Made by a program: the position numbers and the translations under genes. A stretch of 64,000 nt of DNA from an uncultured Lentisphaerales bacterium (lineage in GTDB: Bacteria; Verrucomicrobiota; Lentisphaeria; JABSQK01; UBA12247): assembly GCA_943788985.1 (NCBI GenBank), contig CALSSJ010000005.1, positions 64,001 through 128,000 of the forward strand, read 5' to 3'. Positions 55,503 through 64,000 of this stretch are shown in pieces. The notes below the pieces were generated by a model that saw nothing but the letters and a program-made list of their open reading frames with translations, was not told where the DNA came from and made no database searches. The stretch's first letter is position 1. Every line of letters begins with the position of its first letter.

Positions 55503-57077
55503 TTACCCTGCTTGCGCGATCCCTGCCTCCAAACGTGCCAGTACGCGCTCGCGTCCCAGCAGTGCCGCAGTCTCGTAAATGCCCGCGCCTACGCTTTGCC
55601 CGGTGAGCGCGACACGAATCGGTTGATTCAGCTTGCCCTGCTTCATTTCCGCCGCTTCCGTCACACCGTGAATTGCGGACTCAATGCCCGCAACGTCGAA
55701 GGCCTCGAGTCCGGAGAAAGCAGCGGCTAAAGCCCGCAGGCGATCTGCCACTCCGTCCTTTGCCAGGTGCTTCCGCACGGCCTTCTCGTCATAAGTCAGC
55801 GTCTCCACGAAGAACGGAGCCCAGCCTGCCACATCCGTAAACAGCTTTGTCCGCGTTTGCAGCAACAGTGCCACTTGGTCAAAAAACTCCCGCTCCCCGC
55901 CAGCCCAATCCTCATCCGCAGCCGCCGCCCAGGCAGCATTTGCGAACTCCGCAAACGGCAGGTCCGCCAGATAGCGACCGTTGAAATCGAGCAGCTTGCG
56001 AAAGTCCATCTGTGCTGGCGAGCTGATCACCCGGTCCAGTGCAAACGCTGCGATCAGCTCCGGCCGCGGCATATACTCGACATCGTGGCCAGGAGACCAG
56101 CCCAGGAGTGTCAGGTAGTTGAACAGTGCATCCGGCTGGTAGCCCTTTGCCCGGAAGTCTCCGACGTAAGCATCGCCATCGCGCTTGCTATATGGCCGTC
56201 CCTGCTGATTCACAATCATCGGCAAATGGGCAAATTGCGGCAATTTCGCACCCAAGCTTGCGTACAAGAACACATGCCGAAACGTATTCTCCACATGGTC
56301 GTCACCCCGAATCACGTGGCTGATTTCCATGGCGATGTCGTCGCACACATTCGCCAGGTGAAACACCGGGTTTCCATCGCTGCGGACGATCACCTGGTCA
56401 CGCATGCTGTCCAGGGGCTTGCTCAAATGCCCTTTCACTAAGTCCGTGAACTGCACTTCCCGGCGTTGAAAAACCATGCGGACGGCACCTGCCACTTCGT
56501 GCGCCACTGTCCCGTCCAGGATCCCGCCTACCTCATCATCCAGCCCCAGCAGCAGCGTGCCCGCTGCATTGTATAGCTGCAAGCCCTTGAAGCCCGCCAG
56601 CGTCCCTTGCTGCGGCGCTGGCTTGCCCTTGCGTGTCCGCAGGGAGTAGCTCACGCCCGTCTGGTCGACGCAAACCGGCTCGTCCGCATGCAATTCCAGC
56701 TCGACGCTCTCCGTATCCACGACGAATGGCAATCCAGCTGTGTTCCAGGGAAACCGTAGCAACGTTGCCTCGCCGCCATCCCCTTTGGCAAAACGATACG
56801 CATGCCCGCCTTCCAACAGCGACTCTGCCGCCGTCAAGTGGGCCTCCCGCTGGGCGCTCTGGTAGACCGGCTCGCCATCAAAGGTGAGGCCCATCCACTC
56901 CATGACCCCAAACAGCGCCTGCACCGCCTCGTCTGTCGACCGCTCCCGGTCTGTGTCCTCTATTCGTAACAGAAACTCGCCGCCGCAACTCCGGGCTGCA
57001 AGCCAATTAAAAATCGCCGTGCGAATATTGCCTATGTGAATATTTCCAGTCGGCGAAGGGGCAAATCGAACGCGCAT
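55503..57077 (-). CDS. gltX: Glutamate--tRNA ligase with an atypical insertion
   Basis: RFAPSPTG..HIGN, LRIEDTD, HVIRGDDH, YSKR, P.RVALTG; anticodon domain present. Confidence 0.93.
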   Translation of the reverse strand: MRVRFAPSPTGNIHIGNIRTAIFNWLAARSCGGEFLLRIEDTDRERSTDEAVQALFGVMEWMGLTFDGEPVYQSAQREAHLTAAESLLEGGHAYRFAKGDGGEATLLRFPWNTAGLPFVVDTESVELELHADEPVCVDQTGVSYSLRTRKGKPAPQQGTLAGFKGLQLYNAAGTLLLGLDDEVGGILDGTVAHEVAGAVRMVFQRREVQFTDLVKGHLSKPLDSMRDQVIVRSDGNPVFHLANVCDDIAMEISHVIRGDDHVENTFRHVFLYASLGAKLPQFAHLPMIVNQQGRPYSKRDGDAYVGDFRAKGYQPDALFNYLTLLGWSPGHDVEYMPRPELIAAFALDRVISSPAQMDFRKLLDFNGRYLADLPFAEFANAAWAAAADEDWAGGEREFFDQVALLLQTRTKLFTDVAGWAPFFVETLTYDEKAVRKHLAKDGVADRLRALAAAFSGLEAFDVAGIESAIHGVTEAAEMKQGKLNQPIRVALTGQSVGAGIYETAALLGRERVLARLEAGIAQAG

Positions 57078-57194
57078 AGCAAGCATCCTCTCAACATGAT
57101 AAAATCAGCAACTTAGCACGACTCGCGCCAACTGAGACGGGCCTTCCCCGTCCAGCCCTGTCCGGAAATTCTCACGCATCTGGCGGTATCTAGA

Positions 57195-57222
57195 TTGACA
57201 GTAAAACAGTTGAACGTACTTT
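57195..57222 (+). promoter_or_regulatory. Candidate sigma70 promoter
   Basis: TTGACA-16 nt-TACTTT in the AT-rich region divergent from gltX. Confidence 0.45.
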
Positions 57223-57335
57223 TGCTTATCAAAGCGGGATTGCGGTTCACACGCGCGGTATCACAAAAACTTCCTTTTGAGGCGAAATATCAAGCAAGCA
57301 CCGGCCACGCTAACTCGGTTTATGTATAGTTACTG

Positions 57336-58394
57336 ATGGCAAATTGGACAAAATCACGGCCCAACGTCTGGGAAACTCGTTCTCCGGATTTAGAAACGCT
57401 GTTGGCCTCCACTATTCTGGCAGTTTGTATACTGCTGGGAGCACATAATTTTCTGCGTATCCCATCGCCCTGGCCTACTCTGCTGGGGTTGGGCGGTTTT
57501 ATGGTGATTCTGACCATCTCAATCTGCGCAATTCGCACGGTGACTTTGGATACGAAACGCTGCATTTTGCGGAGCCGTTGGCTGTTAGGAATGACCGAGG
57601 TGCTGAAGTTCAAGAGCGGTATGATCCGGGTCCGCTGGATCTCCGCGTTCGGCCAGTATCGGGCAGCTGTTCAGCTTAAGATAGGTCGAAAGGAGCGCAC
57701 TCTTTTTACGGCCAGTGATCCTATTTCGGCATGGCGTCTCGGGTACCGAATAGCTCAGGACATGGGCGTGGACTTCATTGATGACCTGTATGCTTCGTGT
57801 CGTGTTCGGTCTTCACGCGCGTTATTTTCTGACTGGAGGCCGGTCGATATTGGCCCGCGGAGAAACGCGCCACGGCACCTCTGGTGCAAGCTTGCGGAAG
57901 AAGACGGCGAGTTTGTTGCCGTCTCGCCTGCCCAGTATTATTCCTTTCCAGCAGTAGCCTCGCTGGCTGTGTTTTCGACTCCGTTTAGTGTTGTGATCGC
58001 GGCGTGGTGCGCCTCTCATGAATACTACCTGCTTGCCGCTCCTGCCATCATGGCGACCGTCTGTGGCGCTGTCTGTTTCGGGGCCTACGGGCTGGAGCGC
58101 TGGCGTCGGCTGTTTGACCCATTCTATGACGAGATCCTCGCCGTCAGTGCGCAGCGAGTGCTGATTGAGCGCCGCTTTTTCGGATTTGTGCACAAGGTAG
58201 AGGTGGCCAAGTCCACCATGCGCTTGTTCCGTGCCGTTATTGTCGACGAGCCCTACGTCAAAAGCATCGTCGCAATCGGGGACTCCGATGGCATCACCTT
58301 CGGCGCGAACCTATCCGAACATGAGCTGCGCCACATTCACGGCCGCGCCTGTGACGTCCTCATGGAACCTCGGCAGAGCTCTCGCCGTGAGTGA
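57336..58394 (+). CDS. Hypothetical membrane protein
   Basis: Two TM-hairpin plus soluble modules; overlaps the next gene start. Confidence 0.6.
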   Translation: MANWTKSRPNVWETRSPDLETLLASTILAVCILLGAHNFLRIPSPWPTLLGLGGFMVILTISICAIRTVTLDTKRCILRSRWLLGMTEVLKFKSGMIRVRWISAFGQYRAAVQLKIGRKERTLFTASDPISAWRLGYRIAQDMGVDFIDDLYASCRVRSSRALFSDWRPVDIGPRRNAPRHLWCKLAEEDGEFVAVSPAQYYSFPAVASLAVFSTPFSVVIAAWCASHEYYLLAAPAIMATVCGAVCFGAYGLERWRRLFDPFYDEILAVSAQRVLIERRFFGFVHKVEVAKSTMRLFRAVIVDEPYVKSIVAIGDSDGITFGANLSEHELRHIHGRACDVLMEPRQSSRRE

Positions 58395-59637
58395 CGGCGC
58401 GGCGGTGCTTGCCCCATGGCGCGAATCTGCGCCCCTTTTCGATAAGCTCACAGCCAAGGAGCGGGTGTTCTTGGCGGAAGCTGGCGAGCGTCTCGCCTTC
58501 ACCCATCAGGAACGCCGACAGCTCATCGAGATGGCGCGGGACCTGCAGCATTGGGGCGCAGGGTCCCTCGGGGATTATTGGCCCAAAGAAAAGCCCAACG
58601 CCCGCAAAATCCTGCTCCGGGATCTCCGGCTGCGCATTGGCCAGTTGCGGGCAGGTGAGAAGGACTTCAGCGATCCCCCACTGCTCAAACCCGTAAAGCT
58701 GAGCAAAGAGCTGGCAACCACCGAGCGCAAGATCCATGGCATGTGTCCAGTGGCGTCTCCGGAGACCGTTTGTTGCAACCTGCGGACTATCGACACGGTT
58801 GAGAACTGCGGATTTGGCTGTAGCTATTGCACTATTCAGACTTTCTACGGCAAGTCCGTCACCTTCGACGCGAACCTGCCAGAGAAGCTGCGGGCCTTGA
58901 GCGAGACCCTCGACCCCACGCGAAACTATCACTACGGGACCGGCCAGTCTTCGGATTCGCTGATGTGGGGTAATCAACACGGTAATCTTGACGACCTCTG
59001 CTCGTTTGCCCGCGAGAACCCAAACATCCTGCTCGAGTTCAAAACCAAGAGCAAGAACGTCTCCCATTTCCTTAAGTCGGAAGACCTGCCCCGTAACCTG
59101 GTCTGCAGCTGGTCACTGAATCCTCAGGCGGTGATCGACAGCGAGGAACATTTCACTGCGTCACTCGACGAGCGGCTCCGTGCTGCCCGCGCCGTGGCTG
59201 ACCGCGGAATCGGCGTCTCCTTTCACTTTCACCCCATGATCGTCTACGATGGCTGGGAGAGCGATTACCCGGCTTTGGTCGAGCGCGTACTTGCGGAGTT
59301 CGCACCCCATGAGATTCTATTCATATCGATGGGCTCTGTGACCTTCATCCGCCCCGTGATCCGCGCTATCCGCGAGCGCGAGCGCCCCACCAAGATGCTG
59401 CAGATGGACCTGGTCCCCACGGCCAAGGGGAAACTCAGTTATCCCCCAGACCTCAAAAAGCAGCAGTTTCAGACGTTGTATCGCAGTTTTGCACCTTGGC
59501 ACGACCAGGTCTTTTTCTACCTGTGTATGGAGCAGGCGGAGTTTTGGGAGTCCACATTCGGCGCATACTATCCGACCAACGAGGACTTCGAGCACGCGCT
59601 CATGTCCGCCTCTCGCAGTAAACTTGGGCTTTCTTGA
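58387..59637 (+). CDS. Spore photoproduct lyase-family radical SAM protein
   Basis: CPVAS..CCN, C.F.C.YC (CGFGCSYC), GTGQSSDSL, LEFKTKS, WSLNP, HFHPM, FYLCME. Confidence 0.85.
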   Translation: MSDGAAVLAPWRESAPLFDKLTAKERVFLAEAGERLAFTHQERRQLIEMARDLQHWGAGSLGDYWPKEKPNARKILLRDLRLRIGQLRAGEKDFSDPPLLKPVKLSKELATTERKIHGMCPVASPETVCCNLRTIDTVENCGFGCSYCTIQTFYGKSVTFDANLPEKLRALSETLDPTRNYHYGTGQSSDSLMWGNQHGNLDDLCSFARENPNILLEFKTKSKNVSHFLKSEDLPRNLVCSWSLNPQAVIDSEEHFTASLDERLRAARAVADRGIGVSFHFHPMIVYDGWESDYPALVERVLAEFAPHEILFISMGSVTFIRPVIRAIRERERPTKMLQMDLVPTAKGKLSYPPDLKKQQFQTLYRSFAPWHDQVFFYLCMEQAEFWESTFGAYYPTNEDFEHALMSASRSKLGLS

Positions 59638-59698
59638 ACTTGCTAGGCTCTGATTTACGGCTAGGTTCGCCCAACTTCCTAAATCTCCGCTGAGCATC

Positions 59699-61081
59699 AT
59701 GTCCGAACCAGAAGACATTCTCGCATACATCAACGACGAGCACCGGCATTACGGTCTGCAGCAGGTGAGTCAAGCTAACTCACTGAGCTACTTCCTGCCG
59801 CTGCTGCACGAATTGTTCAATGGTGCCGAGGCCAAGACCAAAGTCGTGTTTACCATTCTGCACGAGCTCATGACCGATGATCGCGTGCAATGGACTCGCG
59901 CCGAACTCGACGAGAAGTGCCACTGGGTGCGCGAGCGCCAGTGGGCCTACCTCCTGCAACGGATGACCTATGTCGGCTGGTTAGAGTTCTACCGGGAGTC
60001 CGGTAGCTACATGATCAGTGATAAGGGTGAAACCCTGATGCGGCTGCTCAGTCGTTTTTCTATGGGGGCCGAGCTGGTCGAGAACGAAGGTGCCGCGGTT
60101 GCCGAGATCGAGTTCAGCCTGCTGCTTAGCGCTACTGATGTCTCCGACCGGCTGCGCTTCCTGCGAAACCGCCTGCAGAAGCACATCTCCCGTGCCGAAA
60201 CCGCGCTTGAATCCCAGTCCGCGTATCTTATCCTTGAGATCTACGGGCAGCTCAAGTCCGCCTATCGCTGGGCAGAGCAGACCCGTACCACACTCGACCA
60301 TATCGACCCGGATGACGACGATACCGAGACGTGGAATGGGATCCGCGACATTCACGACTACCTGTCGCGCCTCCATGAACTGATCTCCGAGATGCAGCTG
60401 CGCCTCCAAATCATCCAGCGCCAGCAGATCGACATTGCCCAATATGGCCTGACCCAACTTGATTTTGATAACTTCCTAGTTAATCAGTCCGTGGAATCTC
60501 TCAGTGACCTGATTCGGCCCCATCTCCAAAAAATTCCCCACAGCTTTCTGGCGATCGAAGCACACGTATTCGAGGAAGCGCGTGACATTTTTGAGCGAGA
60601 AGCTGGCGAGGAGGTGCCAGTGCGCGATTGGGACACCGACGTGCAAGAAGGCGAGGAGACCGGAGAGTCAGAACCTGCAGTCGAGTTGGAAGCCTTCACC
60701 AGTGCCCTGCAGCGCGCCCCCACATCGTGGGCCTCTGCCCAATCCGTATTTGCTGGCGCCGATTGGTCTAATGCTGCCTATCGCATGTCTCTGCTTACCC
60801 TGCTCGCCGATCGAGACGCCCGCTTCGACACCGGCGAACGCAGCAATGACCCAGTTGTAAATCTGCCAGTAGACGTCGTTTTCAGCGAAGATAAGCCACT
60901 CATTGCTGTCGAGGTCAACGACGAGACTTGGCAGATGACGCCCGGCGAACTGCGCCGTCGTAACCCCCACCCCAGGAGCCACAAGTGGAACTTGACGAAC
61001 AGCCTCAGGATCAGCTGCAGGAGATCTGCTCGCTGCTTATCGCCAACGGATACATCCCCAAGGATCAATTCCAGCAGTTGA
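59699..61081 (+). CDS. MksF/JetA-like (kleisin-type) condensin subunit; the true stop may be ~60995 (homopolymer indel)
   Basis: N-terminal winged-helix-like segment (W.R.EL..L.RM..GWL..Y.IS..G), long helical middle, acidic linker, C-terminal domain; paired with an MksE-like gene. Family assignment is from recalled similarity only. Confidence 0.55.
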   Translation: MSEPEDILAYINDEHRHYGLQQVSQANSLSYFLPLLHELFNGAEAKTKVVFTILHELMTDDRVQWTRAELDEKCHWVRERQWAYLLQRMTYVGWLEFYRESGSYMISDKGETLMRLLSRFSMGAELVENEGAAVAEIEFSLLLSATDVSDRLRFLRNRLQKHISRAETALESQSAYLILEIYGQLKSAYRWAEQTRTTLDHIDPDDDDTETWNGIRDIHDYLSRLHELISEMQLRLQIIQRQQIDIAQYGLTQLDFDNFLVNQSVESLSDLIRPHLQKIPHSFLAIEAHVFEEARDIFEREAGEEVPVRDWDTDVQEGEETGESEPAVELEAFTSALQRAPTSWASAQSVFAGADWSNAAYRMSLLTLLADRDARFDTGERSNDPVVNLPVDVVFSEDKPLIAVEVNDETWQMTPGELRRRNPHPRSHKWNLTNSLRISCRRSARCLSPTDTSPRINSSS

Positions 61082-61623
61082 TGTACGATGATGAATTGCG
61101 CGCCCGCGTCGAGAACCGTCTCGACCTTGTCGGCCTCAAACTGCTGCAGAACGTTTACAGCGCCAACTGGGGCGTCGGGCTCAGCGACCGCACCAGCAGC
61201 GACGAGCGCCTCGAGTGGTCCAACAACTTTGGCCTCGAACGTGGCGCCATGGCCCTGCTCCTTATCATCTGGGTGAAGCTGATCCTGCCCAAAAGACTCG
61301 CCCAAGAGGAGCGCCAGCCCGAGGACGGCACCGTGGCTTCCCTCTTTCCGCAGATCGAAACCGTTCCCCAGCCTCGCGTGAGTGTTAATCGTGACCAGAT
61401 TGTTGCGGAGTTCGCAGATCTGCTCGGCGGCATCACCCTCGTCGGCAAGTACCTCGCCCAGTTGTCGCGGGGCCCCAAGCTCATTCGCTGCCACGGGGGC
61501 CTGGTCGAGGAAGGCCCGCTGCTTTCCCTCGTGGTCGACGAAACCAAGCTTGGCGACGAACTCCGCCGCGATGTCCTGCTCAGTGTGCTCAAGCGCGAAC
61601 ACAGCGCTGGGTACCCGCGCTGA
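60985..61623 (+). CDS. MksE/JetB-like (KITE tandem winged-helix) subunit
   Basis: AGGAG RBS + GTG; RL..VGLKLL.N.Y, SNNFGL....ALL..IW..LILPKR, EGPLL.L motifs. Confidence 0.6.
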   Translation: MELDEQPQDQLQEICSLLIANGYIPKDQFQQLMYDDELRARVENRLDLVGLKLLQNVYSANWGVGLSDRTSSDERLEWSNNFGLERGAMALLLIIWVKLILPKRLAQEERQPEDGTVASLFPQIETVPQPRVSVNRDQIVAEFADLLGGITLVGKYLAQLSRGPKLIRCHGGLVEEGPLLSLVVDETKLGDELRRDVLLSVLKREHSAGYPR

Positions 61624-61631
61624 CTTAAGTC

Positions 61632-62129
61632 ATGATCGTCGGAATCATCAGCGATAGCCATGACCACCTGCCGAACCTGCGGCAGGCAATGGCAGACTTA
61701 CAAAACCGCGGTGCCAGCGCCATCATTCACTGTGGCGACCTCAGCGCCCCCTTCGTCACGAAAGAGCTTGGCGCCTTTGCCGGGCCCGTGCATACCGTCT
61801 TTGGCAACAATGACGCCGATCGCTTTCTCGCGCAGAAACTCGCCCCGGAGAACGTTCATCACCACGGTGAATTCGGCTTCATTGAGCTCGACGGCAAGCG
61901 TCTTGGCTTCACCCACTACGCCGAGTACGCCCGCGGCTTTGCCGCCAGCGGCCAGTGCGATGCAGCATTCTACGGCCACAGCCATGAGCACGCGCATGAG
62001 CTTGTGGCGGATTGCCTTGCACTTAATCCAGGCGAGCTTCTCGGGATGAAGGGGCCGCCAGCATTCTGCACCTACGATACGCAGACTGATCGTTTCGAGC
62101 ACATCATTTTCCCGCACCAGAGGTGGTGA
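61632..62129 (+). CDS. YfcE/MJ0936-family metallophosphoesterase
   Basis: ISDSHD, HCGD, FGNND, THY, GHSH, NPG. Confidence 0.93.
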   Translation: MIVGIISDSHDHLPNLRQAMADLQNRGASAIIHCGDLSAPFVTKELGAFAGPVHTVFGNNDADRFLAQKLAPENVHHHGEFGFIELDGKRLGFTHYAEYARGFAASGQCDAAFYGHSHEHAHELVADCLALNPGELLGMKGPPAFCTYDTQTDRFEHIIFPHQRW

Positions 62130-62135
62130 TTCGCT

Positions 62136-64000
62136 ATGCCAGACGACCCCAAAAATCCCTACCAAGGCCCCGCAGGTGGCTGGGGAGCACTTGCCGCCAG
62201 CGCCGAGATTATCACCCGCGGAAAAAAGCCATCGCGCGTGGCCTCGGCCGCGTTGCTTCGGGTGGTAAACCAGAAGGACGGCTTCGACTGCCCCGGCTGC
62301 GCCTGGCCTGATCCTCACGACCACCGATCTGCCTTCGAGTTCTGCGAGAACGGCGTCAAAGCCGTCGTTTGGGAATCCACGTCTAAGCGCGTCCGACGCC
62401 GCCTTCTTTGCCAAGCACACCGTTTGCGAACTCCGCAAAAAAGAGCGACCACTGGCTGGAGTCGCAAGGGCGCCTGGTCAATCCGCTCGCCTACGACCCC
62501 AAGACCGACCACTTTGCTCCCATCCCCTGGTCCGAAGCCTTCGAGACGATCGGCGCGACCCTGCGGTCGCTGGACGATCCCAACCAGGCGGCCTTCTACA
62601 CCTCCGGCCCCGCGCCAGCAACGAAGCGGCGTACCTCTATCAGCTCTTCGTCCGCATGTTCGGCACCAACAACCTGCCGGGACTGTTCGAACCTGTGCCA
62701 CGAAGTCCAGCGGCGTCGGGCTCAACCCAGACCATCGGAATTGGGAAGGGGACCGTCTCGCTCGCGGACTTCGATGAGGCCGATGCCATCTTTGTCATCG
62801 GCCAAAATCCAGGCACAAACCACCCTCGCATGCTCAGCGCCCTCCAGGGAGCGGCCAGACGCGGGGCCCAAATCGTGGCCATCAACCCACTCGTCGAGCG
62901 CGGTCTCGAGAAGTTCCTGCATCCGCAGGAGGCCGGGGCCATGCTGTGCAACAAGGCCACCCCGATCGCCACTGCCTATTTGCAGCCCACCATCGGCGGC
63001 GATCTTGCCCTGCTCACCGGTATCTGCAAGCACATTCTTGCCGCCGAAGACGCAGCACCCGGGACCATTCTGGACCATGCCTTTATCGATGAGCACACCA
63101 ACCAGTTTTGCGGAGTTTGCAGAATCCGTACGTGCAGCAGACTGGGAGACCATCGAGACCCAGTCCGGATTGCGGAGTTCGCAAATCCAGGAGGTGGCGG
63201 ACATTTACTTGCAGGCCAAGTCTGTGATCTGCTGCTGGGCCATGGGCCTGACGCAGCACACCCACGGCGTCGCCACCATCCAATTCGTGGTGAACCTGCT
63301 GCTCATGCGTGGCAACATTGGCCGTCCAGGAGCCGGCGCCTGCCCCGTGCGCGGGCACAGCAACGTGCAGGGCAATCGGACCGTGGGCATCAACCACCAC
63401 CTGCCTCCTGCCTTTGGCGAGAAAATGGAGAAGCTCTACGACTTCAAAGCCCCCACGACGCATGGCTACGACGTAGTCGAGGCCATCAAAGCCATGAATG
63501 ATGGCCGCGTACGCGTGTTTATGGCACTGGGCGGTAACCTGGTGCCGGCCTCCCCGGATACCGAACTTACTGCTGCCGCGCTTGAGAAAACTGAGCTGGC
63601 GATTCATGTCGCGACCAAGCTAAACCGGACGCATTTGGTGCACGGGAAGCAGGCGCTCATTCTGCCCTGCCTCGGGCGGACCGAAATCGATCAGCAGGTC
63701 GCCGGTCCACAGGTCGTGACTGTTGAAGATTCGATGGGTGACGTCCATGCGTCCGAGGGCAGAAACGCCCCCGCTGGGGAGCAGTTGCTCTCAGAAACCG
63801 CGATCGTTGCGAACATCGCAGCTGCCACGCTCCCGCCGGGGAAACCCGATTGGCGCGGCTTCGTGGCGGACTACGCCACGATTCGCGACCACATCGAGAA
63901 AGTCCTGCCTATCTTCAAGGATTACAACGCCCGTATCGCCGAGCCTGGCGGCTTCAGTCTCAAGAATACTGCTCGCGACCGTGAGTGGATCACCGGCACG
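62136..64000 (+). CDS. FdhF/YdeP-family molybdopterin oxidoreductase, multiply frameshifted, running off the window
   Basis: AGGWGAL, NQKDGFDCPGCAWPD, FEFCENG; then FGTNNLP, GQNPGTNHPRML; then WAMGLTQH, PVRGHSNVQG, LPCLGRTE in successive frames. Confidence 0.88.

Noticed and set aside
57223..57335. Leader beginning GCTTATCAAAG as a possible SAM-I riboswitch
   Set aside because: It lacks the conserved P2 kink-turn and P3 elements, and the downstream gene is unrelated to sulfur metabolism.
62136..64000. Programmed frameshifting or selenocysteine recoding in the fdhF-like gene
   Set aside because: There are many irregular shifts, no clean slippery site and no in-frame TGA at the catalytic position. 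Assembly error or decay is the simpler explanation.

Overview
This is a GC-rich bacterial chromosomal segment, probably from the PVC superphylum and Lentisphaerota-like. That assignment is inferred from the DUF1559/H-X9-DG prepilin-like gene, clustered sulfatases and PEGA/FHA genes. From the left, the window holds: the 3' part of a giant (>3100 aa) surface protein; a glycosylation/rmlACD cluster; a 17.9-19.5 kb debris zone (IS91-family fragment, two attC-like sites flanking an integron-type cassette, asnB remnant); a DUF4178-DUF350-speE-speD operon next to tRNA-Gly(TCC); imuA-imuB without imuC; tcdA and thiI; a GH95 plus three sulfatases; an S8 protease; obgE, menA, a cyclophilin and gltX; an SPL-like radical SAM gene; an MksF/MksE (JetA/JetB)-like pair with no SMC gene; and a frameshifted FdhF/YdeP gene. 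The most striking unexplained signal is a 13-15 bp quasi-palindrome, (T)TGCGGAGTYCGCA(A). I found 20 exact copies by eye, on both strands, almost all inside genes and in all six codon phases, which points to a DNA-level signal. Clustered frameshifts in rfbA and the fdhF-like gene look like assembly indels.
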